Assembly (NCBI GenBank): GCA_963740355.1
Contig: CAVUDW010000003.1
Location: 832,001 to 896,000, forward strand
Source of the DNA: an uncultured Gemmatimonadaceae bacterium
Lineage (GTDB): Bacteria; Gemmatimonadota; Gemmatimonadetes; Gemmatimonadales; Gemmatimonadaceae
Direction of reading: 5' to 3'
Length of the DNA stretch: 64,000 bases
Below are positions 48,515 to 59,147 of this stretch, one piece after another. A program made the translations under genes and the position numbers. Below the pieces are notes generated by a model. The model was given only the letters and a program-made list of their open reading frames with translations, was not told the origin of the DNA and made no database searches. Positions within the stretch are counted from its first letter, which is position 1. Every line of letters starts with the position of its first letter.

Positions 48515-49702
48515 ATGCCACGATCACGCTCCCTGCCGCTGCCAGCCGCACGCCAGCTCGCGCAATTCCTGCCGTTCAGCCTCACGATCCTGACACTCGG
48601 CGCGACGATGCTGCTGGCCAGCTGCGGCACCGACGCCGGCGCCAGCAATGCACCGGTCGCCGACACGACCGTGCCGGTGCGCGTCGTCGCCCTCACGAAC
48701 GATGCGGTGCCTCGGGCGTCGAGCATCAGCGTCACCGGCACACTCGCCGGCAAGGAAGAGGTCGCGCTGGCATTCAAGATCGGCGGTGTGGTCGCGAAGA
48801 TCGCGGTCGATCCTGGGCAGGCTGTCCGAGCCGGGCAGGTTCTCGCTGAGCTGCGGCCAACCGAGATCGCCGCGCAAGTGGCAACCGCACTGGAAGCGCG
48901 GAAGAAGGCGGAACGCGACCTGCTTCGCGTGACGCGACTGTACGCAGACAGCGTCGCCACGCTCGAACAGCTGCAGGATGCGCGCACCGCACTGCAGGTC
49001 GCGACCAACAGCACGCAGATCGCGCAATTCAATGCCGACTATGCCGTGATTCGCGCGCCGGGCGACGGGGTCGTACTCTCGCGCCAGGTTGAACCCGGGC
49101 AGGTGGTCGAACCGGGGCGCCAGGTGCTGGTGGTGCGTCGCAACGGCCGCGGCATGGTGGTGCGGGTTGGTCTTCCCGATCGCGATGCGGTTCGTGTGCG
49201 CATCGGCGACACCGCCACCGTGACATTCGATGCCATGCCGGACCGGTCCTTCATGGCGCGGGTGACACAGCGCGCCGCCGCCGCGACTGCCGGTAGCGGC
49301 GACTATGCGATCGAATTCACACTCGCCGAATCCGCCAGCACCCTGCCGAGCGGGCTGGTGGCACATGTGACGATCCATCCGCACGCTGAAACCGCACCGT
49401 CACGAACTGCGCGAGTGATGGTGCCGCTGGATGCGCTGGTGGACGCTGACGCTGATTCGGCGGCCGTCTTCGTGCTCCGGGACAACGGCTCGTCCGTCTC
49501 GCGGCGCACCGTGAAGCTTGCCGATGTCGCCGAAGCGCTGCGCACGGCACAGGTGCAGGTGCTGACAGGGCTCGACGGCAGCGAACAGGTCGTGATCGCC
49601 GGGATGACTCGACTCGTCGATGGCAGTGCGGTGCGCGTCATCACCACACCCGCAGCGCGACTGGCCGCCGACGCCGCACCACAGTGGAGGGTCGGCCAGT
49701 GA
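48515..49702 (+). CDS. RND efflux periplasmic adaptor subunit (lipoprotein)
   Basis: Lipobox LASC; LAFKIGGVV, IRAPGDGVV. Confidence 0.92.
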   Translation: MPRSRSLPLPAARQLAQFLPFSLTILTLGATMLLASCGTDAGASNAPVADTTVPVRVVALTNDAVPRASSISVTGTLAGKEEVALAFKIGGVVAKIAVDPGQAVRAGQVLAELRPTEIAAQVATALEARKKAERDLLRVTRLYADSVATLEQLQDARTALQVATNSTQIAQFNADYAVIRAPGDGVVLSRQVEPGQVVEPGRQVLVVRRNGRGMVVRVGLPDRDAVRVRIGDTATVTFDAMPDRSFMARVTQRAAAATAGSGDYAIEFTLAESASTLPSGLVAHVTIHPHAETAPSRTARVMVPLDALVDADADSAAVFVLRDNGSSVSRRTVKLADVAEALRTAQVQVLTGLDGSEQVVIAGMTRLVDGSAVRVITTPAARLAADAAPQWRVGQ

Positions 49703-52700
49703 AGCTCATCGACTACTTCGTTCGCAACGCACAACTCACCATCGTGCTTCTGATCGCGTTGCTGGCCGCCGGCGTCCAGGCGTTCATCACGATCCCACGC
49801 GCTGAAGATCCACTGATCGACTTCCCCGGCTTTACCGTGGTGGCGGTCTATCCCGGTGCCGCGCCTGGCGATGTCGAACAGCTGGTGATCAACCCGATCG
49901 AGAAGCGACTGAAGGAGCTGTCCGACATCAAGAAGATCGCGACCCAGATCACCGATGGCCTCGGCGTCGTGTTCATCGAGTTCAACACCGGTTCCGTACC
50001 GAGCCGGAAGAAGGACGATGTCCTGCGAGAAGTGAACCAGTTGCGCGCCACGCTGCCGCCGGAGCTGGCGTTGCTCGACGTGATCAGCAACAACACCGGC
50101 GATGTGAACATCCTGCAGTATGCGCTCGTCTCGCCGACGGCACCCTACGCCGCGCTCGATGCACGCAGCCGGGCGCTCAAGGATCGCCTCGCTGCCGTGC
50201 CCGGCATCCGGAAGGTGACGCGGGTCGGCGCACCAGTACGCGAAGTGCAGGTGTCACTCGACCTCGGCCGCCTGAGCGCGCTGCACCTGCCATTGAACGC
50301 CGTCCTCGGCGCGCTGGGCAGCGAGAGCGCGAACGTCCCTGGTGGCACGGTGAACGTCAGCCGAAAGCAGTTCGTCGTGAACACGAGTGGCTCGTTCACG
50401 TCGCTCGACCAGGTGCGGAACACGGTGGTCGGCGCATCGGGCAGCGCGGTCGTGCGCCTGCGTGATGTCGCCACCGTGCAGTGGGGCTACGCCGATGCGA
50501 CACACATCACACGACACGATGGGCAGCGCGCCGTCTTCATCGCCGCCAGCATGCGCGATGGCGCCAACATCACCGATGTGCAGCCGAAGGTCGCGGAGGC
50601 GGTACGGCAGTTCGAGTCGGAATTGCCTGCCGGCATCACACTCGAAACCGCGTTCGACCAGAGCCAGAATGTGAAGAGTCGCTTGGGTCGGCTGGTGGAA
50701 GACTTCGGGATCGCAATTTCGCTGGTGCTGATCACCCTGCTGCCGCTCGGCCTCCGTGCCGCCGGCGTCGTGATGGTGTCGATACCGCTCTCCCTGGCCG
50801 TCGGTACTGTGTTGCTGCAAAACTTCGGCTTCACGCTCAACCAGCTCACCATCGTCGGTTTCGTGATCGCGCTCGGGCTCCTCGTGGACGACTCGATCGT
50901 GGTGGTGGAGAACATCTCACGGTTCCTGCGCGGTGGCATGTCGCGACAGGACGCTGCAATCGCCGGCACACGCCAGATCACGCCGGCGATTCTCGGTGCC
51001 ACCGGCACGCTGATCTTCGCCTTCGTGCCGCTGATGCTGCTCCCCGGCGGTCCGGGCGATTACATCCGGTCGCTGCCTGCGGCGGTGATTGCAACGATCC
51101 TGGCCTCACTGGTCGTCTCGCTGGCGATCATTCCCTTCCTCGCCAGCGCAGTGATGCCACGCACCAGCGACGAGCATGGGAACCGGGTGTTGCAGTGGCT
51201 CCAGCGGGTGATCGAGAAGAGCTATACGCCGCTCCTCCACCGTGCACTGCTGCATCCCCGCCGCACCCTGGCGCTGGCGGCGGCATTGTTCGTCGGTGCC
51301 ATCGGCCTCGTGCCCTTGATCGGCTTCTCGCTCTTCCCCAAGGCCGGTATCCCGCAGTTCCGAATCACCGTGCAGATGCCTGACGACGCCACGCTCGCGC
51401 AGACCGACAGTGCCGTACGCTTCGTCGAGCGCACGCTGATGGCGCGGCCCGCCGTGGAGCATGTCCTGAGCAACGTGGGCCATGGCAATCCGTTCGTCTA
51501 CTACAACGTGCAGCCGGCCAACGACCAGACGAACTTCGCCGAGATCGTGGCGCGAGTGAAGGCGTTCGATCCCAAGCACACGCCGCAGCTGCTCGATACG
51601 CTGCGCACGATCTTCGATGCCTATCCCGATGGTCGGATTGCAGTGCGTGAGTATGAAAACGGACCGCCGCTCGAGGCCCCGATTGCGATTCGCTTCATCG
51701 GGCCGAATCTCGATTCGCTCCGCAGCCTGGCCGGCCGATTCGAGCGCGTGCTGGCCTCGATTCCAGGCACGCGCGATGTCGACAACCCGCTGGGCACGCG
51801 CCGCACCAACGTCCGCGTCGGCATCGATCGTGCGCGCGCGGGCCTGCTCGGCGTTCAGGTGGTGGATATCGATCGCGTCGTCCGCCTTGGCTTGGCAGGT
51901 GTGCCGGCAGGCCGCATCCAGGATGTCGACGGCGAGGCATACGACGTCACCGCACGACTGGCGCGCAGCGGACGTGCGACGCCGGCGGCGCTGAGCCAGC
52001 TCTATGTCCCGTCGCAGAACGGCGCACAGGTGCCGCTTGGCCAGGTGTCCACGCTGACGCTCGAGAGTGCGCTGCCGCGCATCCAGCACTTCGACACCGA
52101 GCGCAGTGTGACGGTGACGGGCCAGGTGCGCACCGGCTTCAATACCGATCGACTGACCACGACGGCGATGGACTCGCTGAAGTCGTGGCAGTTGCCCGAC
52201 GGCTACCGCTGGGCCGCCGCGGGCGAGATCGAAAGTCGCCAGGAGAGCTTCGGCGGATTCGGCGGGGCGATCCTGCTCGCCACGTTCGGCATCCTGATGG
52301 TGCTGATCCTCGAGTTCAAGACCTTCAAGAGCATGCTGATCGTCGCCTCGGTGATTCCGCTCGGCGTCATCGGCGGCATGGTCGGGCTGTTCATCAGCGG
52401 CTACACGCTCAGCTTCACGGCAATGATCGGCTTCGTGGCGCTGATCGGCATCGAGATCAAGAATTCGTTGCTGCTGGTGGACTACACCAACCAGCTTCGA
52501 GAGGGCGGCGCCGATCTCGATCACGCCATCGAGGAAGCCGGTCGCGTGCGCTTCCTGCCGATCGTGCTCACCACAGCGACGGCTATCGGCGGCTTGCTGC
52601 CGTTGGCGTTGCAGGGGTCGAGTCTCTATTCACCGCTCGCGATCGTGATCATCGGCGGGCTCATCTCGTCACTGCTGCTGAGCCGACTCGTCACCCCCGT

Positions 52701-52803
52701 GCTCTACAAACTCGTGCCGCCTGGCATCCGACGCGATGCGCCTGCCGAATCCGGTGTGGCGCATCCCGTCTCCTTCGTGCCCACTCAACCAGCGCCGGTG
52801 TAG
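49699..52803 (+). CDS. RND efflux permease (AcrB/AcrD/AcrF family)
   Basis: GLLVDDSIVVVENI, IKNSLLLVD, RFLPIVLTT, PLA; GTGA overlap. Confidence 0.95.
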   Translation: MKLIDYFVRNAQLTIVLLIALLAAGVQAFITIPRAEDPLIDFPGFTVVAVYPGAAPGDVEQLVINPIEKRLKELSDIKKIATQITDGLGVVFIEFNTGSVPSRKKDDVLREVNQLRATLPPELALLDVISNNTGDVNILQYALVSPTAPYAALDARSRALKDRLAAVPGIRKVTRVGAPVREVQVSLDLGRLSALHLPLNAVLGALGSESANVPGGTVNVSRKQFVVNTSGSFTSLDQVRNTVVGASGSAVVRLRDVATVQWGYADATHITRHDGQRAVFIAASMRDGANITDVQPKVAEAVRQFESELPAGITLETAFDQSQNVKSRLGRLVEDFGIAISLVLITLLPLGLRAAGVVMVSIPLSLAVGTVLLQNFGFTLNQLTIVGFVIALGLLVDDSIVVVENISRFLRGGMSRQDAAIAGTRQITPAILGATGTLIFAFVPLMLLPGGPGDYIRSLPAAVIATILASLVVSLAIIPFLASAVMPRTSDEHGNRVLQWLQRVIEKSYTPLLHRALLHPRRTLALAAALFVGAIGLVPLIGFSLFPKAGIPQFRITVQMPDDATLAQTDSAVRFVERTLMARPAVEHVLSNVGHGNPFVYYNVQPANDQTNFAEIVARVKAFDPKHTPQLLDTLRTIFDAYPDGRIAVREYENGPPLEAPIAIRFIGPNLDSLRSLAGRFERVLASIPGTRDVDNPLGTRRTNVRVGIDRARAGLLGVQVVDIDRVVRLGLAGVPAGRIQDVDGEAYDVTARLARSGRATPAALSQLYVPSQNGAQVPLGQVSTLTLESALPRIQHFDTERSVTVTGQVRTGFNTDRLTTTAMDSLKSWQLPDGYRWAAAGEIESRQESFGGFGGAILLATFGILMVLILEFKTFKSMLIVASVIPLGVIGGMVGLFISGYTLSFTAMIGFVALIGIEIKNSLLLVDYTNQLREGGADLDHAIEEAGRVRFLPIVLTTATAIGGLLPLALQGSSLYSPLAIVIIGGLISSLLLSRLVTPVLYKLVPPGIRRDAPAESGVAHPVSFVPTQPAPV

Positions 52804-53060
52804 CCCTCGGCCTTCAACGATGCCACGATCCTGGCGCGCAATGCGTGGGCTTCGCCGGACAGCGGCAACGCCGCCGGGATCTGCTCGAGGACTCGCCGGG
52901 CGAACGTGAAATGGGACGCGCAGTTCCGGCAGGTGTCGACATGATGCTGCACCGCCTCCATGGTCTCCTCCGGCAGGCGACCATCAAGGAAGTCATAAAG
53001 CGCACGCGCAGCGGTCTCGCATTCGATCAGTGCGGGCCCCTCGCGCTCACTGTTTTGCAT
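52785..53060 (-). CDS. Zinc-finger (zf-HC2) anti-sigma factor
   Basis: C......LYDFLDG...HVDTCRNC (HxxxCxxC); TGATG coupling to the sigma gene. Confidence 0.9.
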   Translation of the reverse strand: MQNSEREGPALIECETAARALYDFLDGRLPEETMEAVQHHVDTCRNCASHFTFARRVLEQIPAALPLSGEAHALRARIVASLKAEGYTGAG

Positions 53061-53650
53061 CACTCGACTCCCAGGACTGGTGGCGCGGTGTCGCGGACGA
53101 TGCCCGCGTCGACGGCGTACGTGTACAACGACTTCTGCAGCAGACGACGCGCGCGAAAGAGCCGCGAACGCACCGTCCCTACGGGCACACCCAGCACCTC
53201 GGCGGCCGTCTCGTACGACTCGCCTTCCACGTCGACGAGAATGACGGCCGTACGATAGACCTCTGGCACGGCATCGAGCGCCTTGCGAATGGCGGGCCCC
53301 ACCTCGATGCGGTCGACGATTTCCGCCAATCCGCTCCGATCCGCCTCGCCATGCTCCATGCTCGCGGCCAACGACTCGAGGTCGGCATCCTCTCCCGAGG
53401 TATCGACGACCCGTGCTTCGCGTTCCCGCTGCCGCAGGAACACGTTGCGACAGATCGTGAACAGCCAGCGACGCGCATCGTGCCCGACCTTGAACGTGTC
53501 CCACGCACGGTACGCGCGGAGGTACGTCTCCTGCACCAGGTCGTCGGCCAGTGCCTCGTCATGCGCCAGCGATCGCGCGAACCGCACCACGTGTGGCAGC
53601 GCGGCGAGGACCATCGCATCAAATTCCGAGTCGCGCGGTGAGTCGTTCAT
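53060..53650 (-). CDS. ECF RNA polymerase sigma-70 factor
   Basis: ADDLVQETYLRA, WLFTI, SYETAAEVLGVPVGTVRSRLFRAR. Confidence 0.95.
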   Translation of the reverse strand: MNDSPRDSEFDAMVLAALPHVVRFARSLAHDEALADDLVQETYLRAYRAWDTFKVGHDARRWLFTICRNVFLRQREREARVVDTSGEDADLESLAASMEHGEADRSGLAEIVDRIEVGPAIRKALDAVPEVYRTAVILVDVEGESYETAAEVLGVPVGTVRSRLFRARRLLQKSLYTYAVDAGIVRDTAPPVLGVE

Positions 53651-53858
53651 CTGGCCTGAAAATGCGGGAGAATCCGAACGTCAGAATCTACGGTCGGCAC
53701 GGGTGCCGGAGGGAACGACGCCACGCCGGTCCCGTCACCCACGCTCGAGAAACGTCCGCCGCGAGCGATTGGATCTCCGAGTGAGTGGCTCCGCCCCGGC
53801 GCATACCGTCGCTCAGACGGCCAGTGGGAGAAGCCGTTTAGAGCCGTCAAAAATCCCT

Positions 53859-54878
53859 CTAGAATCCCACGCCGCTGCCTGGCTTCTCGCGTCGGTAGGC
53901 GCGCAGGTCGTGCCACCACTGCACGCAGGCCGCTTCGATGGCGGCTGTGGCATTGGCGAGGCGCGCCGGCCCTGCCCCGCTGATACGGACCCACGGCTTG
54001 CCCAGGCGCTCGAGGTGGAACATGAGGCGAGCGTGGAACCAGTCACGATCGCTGGACATCACCCGCACGCCGTCGGCGACCCACGCAATATCGGGATCGC
54101 ACAGCAGGTAGAGATCGATCGGCTGCCGCGCCGCGACTTCCCACACATGCGCGGGCACCGGCTGTCGAAGCCATTCGGTCCAGATCGCGGTCACGATCGC
54201 TTCGGTGTCCGTGACACAGAGGCCGCGCGCGCGGCGCTGGGCGTCACGGATCAGCACCTGTTGGCCATCGGTCACCAGCACCGCATCTAGCTCGGTCCAA
54301 TGATGATGCGGGACGCCGGTCGTGTACGTGCGACCGTATTCGTCGACCCAGGCGGTGTCGTAGGCGTGCGCGATCTGCTCCGAGAGCGTGGACTTGCCGA
54401 CGCTTTCGCCACCCACCAGCGCCACCGTGCGCACGAACCACGGTCGCGCAGCCGGTGCCAGCAAATCCCAATGCTGCCACGGATTCTCGCGAATCTTGCT
54501 GCCGTGGACATCGTCGTGGTTGCGATCGACGTGCACGAACTCCGCCCCCAGGCCAGCCGCGATCCCGTACTGATCCGGATCGCCTGCGAAGACATGTGTC
54601 ACCTCCGGCGCGAGCGTATCGAGCGCCGCGATCCACTCCGCCGCTGAGCCCTGATCCTCGCCTGGCCGCGGCGGCATCGCCGCTTCCGGCACCACCACCC
54701 GCGCCCACGGGCAGCTCTCCACCAGCCAGCGCCAGCGGACATCCCAGGGAATCGGGTCGTCCCAGCGTCGCTCCAGCACGATGGTGGTGCGGGTGCAACG
54801 CGCACGGGCGGCGTCGAACAGCGCCAGGTGACCGCGGTGCACCGGCAGGAACCGGCCGACCAGCAGGGCGTGAGACAT
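53859..54878 (-). CDS. nadR: NadR-like NMN adenylyltransferase / ribosylnicotinamide kinase (no HTH domain)
   Basis: GRFLPVHRGH (HxGH), GGESVGKST P-loop, EYGR, WVADGVR. Confidence 0.85.
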   Translation of the reverse strand: MSHALLVGRFLPVHRGHLALFDAARARCTRTTIVLERRWDDPIPWDVRWRWLVESCPWARVVVPEAAMPPRPGEDQGSAAEWIAALDTLAPEVTHVFAGDPDQYGIAAGLGAEFVHVDRNHDDVHGSKIRENPWQHWDLLAPAARPWFVRTVALVGGESVGKSTLSEQIAHAYDTAWVDEYGRTYTTGVPHHHWTELDAVLVTDGQQVLIRDAQRRARGLCVTDTEAIVTAIWTEWLRQPVPAHVWEVAARQPIDLYLLCDPDIAWVADGVRVMSSDRDWFHARLMFHLERLGKPWVRISGAGPARLANATAAIEAACVQWWHDLRAYRREKPGSGVGF

Positions 54879-55079
54879 CAGGACGGGGCGAGAGTCGCGT
54901 GCCCGCCGACGGCGTGCCGGGGAGCGGAGGCGACCGTGGGAGCAGGCGCCGGGGGAAGAATGCACCCCGGAAGAGGTGTGCGGAATCGCAGGGCTCGGTC
55001 GTCCTTGGCTTAGCCGCAAACGCGCCGACACTCGAAGCCGAGGGCCGCCGCGCCCATGCGACCACCAGACGTCCACCAG

Positions 55080-56498
55080 ATGACCATCCAAGTCCGGACA
55101 ACAGCTCCAACCGCACGCCCCACCACGCCGGTTTTTCAGCCCATTCAACAGGCTGACGCGTCGGCGATTCCGATTGCCGAGTTGCTGGCCGCGCTCTCGC
55201 ACGCGCTCGACCTCACCGAAGGTGCTCCTGCCGGTCATACGTTGCGCAGTTGCATGATCGCCATGCGCATCGCCGACAGCATCGGGCTGGGCGCCGCAGA
55301 TCGCACGGCGCTCTACTACGCGATGCTGCTGAAGGACGCCGGGTGTTCCAGCAACGCGGCACGTATCACCGCCCTCTTCGGATCTGATGACCACGCGGTG
55401 AAGCCGCGGATGAAGATCATCGATGCCAACAAGCGCATCCGGCTCGCCATCGAGACGTTTCGCAACGCGGGTGGTGGCAATGGTCTGCGGAGCCGCATCT
55501 CGCACTTCATGGGTATCGCGCGCGGCGGTGGCGTCACTCGCGAGTTGATCGCCATTCGCTGTGAACGCGGCGCGAACATCGCACGGCAGATGGGCTTCCC
55601 GGAAGCGACCTGTGACGCGATTCGTTCGCTGGACGAACACTGGAATGGCCTCGGTCACCCGCAAGGCCTGCGCGAGAAGGCCATTCCCCTGCTGTCGCGC
55701 ATCGCAAACCTCGCGCAGACGATGGACATTTTCGTTGGTGCGCAAGGCATTCAGGGCACCATGCGAATGGTCAAGGATCGCCGCAAGACCTGGTTCGATC
55801 CCCAACTCGCCGATCTCGTCCTCAAGTGGCAGAAGGACAAGGACTGGTGGGACTGGCTTCGTGAGTCGGCGCCGGAAATCGAGGTCACGGCGCTTGAACC
55901 CGCCGACCCGCAGCGGGTCGTGAACAACAGTGGCCTCGATCTCGTGGCGCAGTCATTCGCGGACATCGTCGACGCCAAGTCACCCTTCACCTATCGCCAC
56001 AGCACCAACGTGTCGCGGTGGGCACGCGCCGTGGGTTCGAAGTTCTACACCGATGAAAAGGACCTCACGCGACTCTCGCGCGCCGGACTGCTGCACGACG
56101 TCGGCAAGCTCGGTGTGTCGAACACCATTCTCGACAAGAACGGACCACTCTTCGACGAAGAACGGACGCTGATGCAGGCGCACCCGATCCACACGTGGGA
56201 GATTCTGCGACGAGTCCGTGTCTTCTCGGACTTTGCGAAGATGGCGTCACTGCATCACGAAAAGCTCGATGGCTCAGGGTATCCCTGGAAGGTGCCGGCC
56301 GAGGGGCTCGACCTCCAGGCACGCATCCTCGTGGTGGCCGACATCTTCGAGGCGCTGACCGCCGATCGCCCTTATCGCGCGGGCATGCCGATCGAGGCGG
56401 CACTCGCGATCCTCGAGCGGGATCGCGACCACAAGCTCGATGGTCGTGTGCTCGACGCCCTCGAACAGGCAACGAAGGAAATCCCGCTGCAGGAGTGA
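55080..56498 (+). CDS. Tandem HD-GYP phosphodiesterase
   Basis: Degenerate first domain (LLKDAG, DEHWNGLGHP), intact second domain (LLHDVGK, HHEKLDGSGYP, DRPYR). Confidence 0.9.
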   Translation: MTIQVRTTAPTARPTTPVFQPIQQADASAIPIAELLAALSHALDLTEGAPAGHTLRSCMIAMRIADSIGLGAADRTALYYAMLLKDAGCSSNAARITALFGSDDHAVKPRMKIIDANKRIRLAIETFRNAGGGNGLRSRISHFMGIARGGGVTRELIAIRCERGANIARQMGFPEATCDAIRSLDEHWNGLGHPQGLREKAIPLLSRIANLAQTMDIFVGAQGIQGTMRMVKDRRKTWFDPQLADLVLKWQKDKDWWDWLRESAPEIEVTALEPADPQRVVNNSGLDLVAQSFADIVDAKSPFTYRHSTNVSRWARAVGSKFYTDEKDLTRLSRAGLLHDVGKLGVSNTILDKNGPLFDEERTLMQAHPIHTWEILRRVRVFSDFAKMASLHHEKLDGSGYPWKVPAEGLDLQARILVVADIFEALTADRPYRAGMPIEAALAILERDRDHKLDGRVLDALEQATKEIPLQE

Positions 56499-56615
56499 CG
56501 ATCCCGCTATGACAGGTCGGTGCGGGATGCCAAGCTGACATGTCATGGGTCGATCTTCGGGTCCGGATCAGTCATCTTGCGGGAGCCCTGCCCCGTCTCC
56601 TGACCTGTTTGCCAC

Positions 56616-59147
56616 ATGCCGCAACCCACGATCACCGTCCACAAGTTCGGCGGTGCTGCTCTTGCTGACCTCGCCGCCTTCCGACACGCGGCTGAAATCG
56701 TCGCGTCGCACGGCGGCGATCGCCCAGTCATCGTCGTCTCCGCCATGCGCGGTGTCACGGATGCGCTCGGTGTAGCCGCGACGGCAGCGGCTCCGAAGGC
56801 ACGCGCCACCCTGGCCACCCTCGAAAGTCGGCATCGCGCCGTCGCCAACGGGCTCACCAGCGATCCGGTGGCCCGCGCCACCCTCTCGGCGTCGATCGCC
56901 ACGGTGTTCGCGGAATTGACCAAGGTCTGCACCCGCCGGCGAAGCGGCTCGCTCGACGCGGTGCAGCTCGACTTCGTGATGTCGCGCGGCGAGGTGCTGG
57001 CGGCCACCCTTTTCGTCTCGGCCCTCGAACAGCAGCACCTGCACGCCACCAGCATCGACGCCGCCAAGCTGGTCTTCACCGACGGCATCGCCGGCAGCGC
57101 CGCACCTGACATCGCGAAGACGACGGCGGCCGCCGCCAAGTTGATCGTGCCCCGGCTCAGGAAGGGCATCATTCCCGTCATCCCTGGCTTCTACGGTCGC
57201 GGGAAGAAGGGGGCGGTCGTCACGCTTGGCCGCGGCGGCACGGACGTCACCGCCACGCTGATGGCGCGCGTGCTGCACGCCAGCACCGTGATGCTCTGGA
57301 AGGACGTCCCCGGCCTGTTGACGGCCGATCCACGCGTCGTGCCCGACGCACGACTGATTCCATCGCTGCATGTGCGCGAAGCGTCGGAGCTGGCGTATCA
57401 CGGCGCAAAGATCCTCCATCCTCGGGCGCTGATCGGTCTCCCCGTTTCCACGCGGCTCTATTTGCGGCCCTTGGCAGACCCCAAGGCGATGGGCACGGAG
57501 ATCTCATCATTCGTCACCGCCGGGGTGAAGAAGCGAGGGATGCCGGCACTGCCTGTGAAGGCGCTGGCCGTGATCTCGGATCAGGCACTGGTCACGATCG
57601 TCGGCAACGGGATGGCCGGACTCCCGGGCGTCGCGGCGCGCGCACTGGGAGCACTCGAGCAGATGAGCATCTCGGTGTCGCTGATCTCGATGGCCTCGTC
57701 CGAACACTCCTTGTGCATCGCAGTGCCTGGCCCGCTCGCCACGGCGGTGATGGCGCGCTGGAAGGAGGTCTTCGCAGCCGAGATCGCACGACGCGACATC
57801 GATGGTATCGATGTGAGACGAAAAGTCGCGACACTGGCAATCGTCGGCCTCGGCATGGCCGGCACCCCCGGCGTCTCAGCGCGCCTCTTCGATGCCCTCG
57901 CCCAGAGCCGCATCAACGTGGTGGCGATTGCGCAGGGTGCATCCGAGATGAACATTTCGGTCGTGATCGACGAGAGTGCCGCGGCCGTCGCACAGCGCGC
58001 CGTGCATGCGGCCTTCCGGCTCGACAAGATCGGCGGCGGTGACGCCGGTGCGCGCCAGCATGCCGACGTGATCGTGCTCGGCTTCGGCCTCATCGGTCGT
58101 GAACTGGCGCTGCAACTGGCACAACGGCGCACGCCAGAGGGAGGACGCCTCACGGCTCCGGTGCGGGTGGTCGCCGTGATCGATCGCAGCGGGTACGTCT
58201 TCGATCCTCGCGGCCTGACACCGAAGAAGCTCACCGCACTGGCCGAGGCGAAGGCGGCAGGCAAGACGCTGGCTGGGCAGGCCGAGGGAATCCGCGCCAG
58301 TGACGAAGCCGCACTGCGTGCCATTGCGACGCACGCACTCGAGCGACCGATCCTCGTCGACGTCACCGCATCCGAGACATCACCGACGCTCGAAGTCGCG
58401 ATCAACGCCGGCATGGACCTGGTACTCGCCAACAAGCGCCCGCTCGTCACCAGTGGCCGCAACGGCAAGGGATTGGCGAAGCTGGCGGCGTCGCGCGGCC
58501 GGAAGATGCTGCACGAGGCCACCGTCGGCGCCGGTCTCCCGGTGATCGACACCATCAACAAGCTGGCGGCATCGGGCGACAAGATCCTGCAGATCGAGGG
58601 CTGCCCATCCGGCACATTGGGCTTCCTCTTCAGCGAGATGTCACGCGGCACCAGGTTCTCCGTCGCGCTGCAATCGGCGATGGCGAAGGGCTACACCGAA
58701 CCTGATCCGCGCGACGACTTGTCGGGCATGGACGTGGCTCGCAAGGCGCTCATCCTCGGTCGGCTGCTGGGCTACACCAGCGAGCTTCAGGACATCAAGG
58801 TCGAATCGCTGGTGCCGGTGCCGCTGCGCAAGCTGCCGCTGGCGGAGTTCCTCGCTCGCGCCAGTGAAGTGGATGCCGACTGGGCCCGACGCGTGGGTGA
58901 TGCACAGGCGCGTGGTGAAGTCCTGCGCTATCGCATCATCGTCACCAGCAAGATGGTGCGCGTGGGTGTGGTGGCCGTCGACGCCAGCAGCCCGCTTGGC
59001 GCCCTCGGTGGCACCGACAATCTCTTTGCATTCACGACCACCCGGTACAAGACGAATCCACTTGTCATCACCGGACCAGGTGCTGGGGCTGGCGTCACCG
59101 CCGCCGGTGTCTTCACCGATGTGCTGACGCTCGCTGAACAGCGATGA
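56616..59147 (+). CDS. thrA: Bifunctional aspartokinase / homoserine dehydrogenase
   Basis: HKFGG, TLGRGGTD, two ACT domains, GFGLIG, EATVGAGLP, GYTEPDPRDDLSG, GPGAG. Confidence 0.93.
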   Translation: MPQPTITVHKFGGAALADLAAFRHAAEIVASHGGDRPVIVVSAMRGVTDALGVAATAAAPKARATLATLESRHRAVANGLTSDPVARATLSASIATVFAELTKVCTRRRSGSLDAVQLDFVMSRGEVLAATLFVSALEQQHLHATSIDAAKLVFTDGIAGSAAPDIAKTTAAAAKLIVPRLRKGIIPVIPGFYGRGKKGAVVTLGRGGTDVTATLMARVLHASTVMLWKDVPGLLTADPRVVPDARLIPSLHVREASELAYHGAKILHPRALIGLPVSTRLYLRPLADPKAMGTEISSFVTAGVKKRGMPALPVKALAVISDQALVTIVGNGMAGLPGVAARALGALEQMSISVSLISMASSEHSLCIAVPGPLATAVMARWKEVFAAEIARRDIDGIDVRRKVATLAIVGLGMAGTPGVSARLFDALAQSRINVVAIAQGASEMNISVVIDESAAAVAQRAVHAAFRLDKIGGGDAGARQHADVIVLGFGLIGRELALQLAQRRTPEGGRLTAPVRVVAVIDRSGYVFDPRGLTPKKLTALAEAKAAGKTLAGQAEGIRASDEAALRAIATHALERPILVDVTASETSPTLEVAINAGMDLVLANKRPLVTSGRNGKGLAKLAASRGRKMLHEATVGAGLPVIDTINKLAASGDKILQIEGCPSGTLGFLFSEMSRGTRFSVALQSAMAKGYTEPDPRDDLSGMDVARKALILGRLLGYTSELQDIKVESLVPVPLRKLPLAEFLARASEVDADWARRVGDAQARGEVLRYRIIVTSKMVRVGVVAVDASSPLGALGGTDNLFAFTTTRYKTNPLVITGPGAGAGVTAAGVFTDVLTLAEQR

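Noticed and set aside
54879..55079. Possible c-di-GMP riboswitch before the HD-GYP gene
   Set aside because: I could not find the conserved GEMM motif elements
53859..55805. 648-aa ORF suggesting a long N-terminal extension on NadR
   Set aside because: The extension is antisense to the HD-GYP gene; NadR motifs begin right after the ATG at 54878
56499..56615. Possible riboswitch or attenuator upstream of thrA
   Set aside because: Only a short ATCCCGC/GCGGGAT stem; no recognisable SAM, lysine or T-box motif and no Thr/Ile-rich leader peptide
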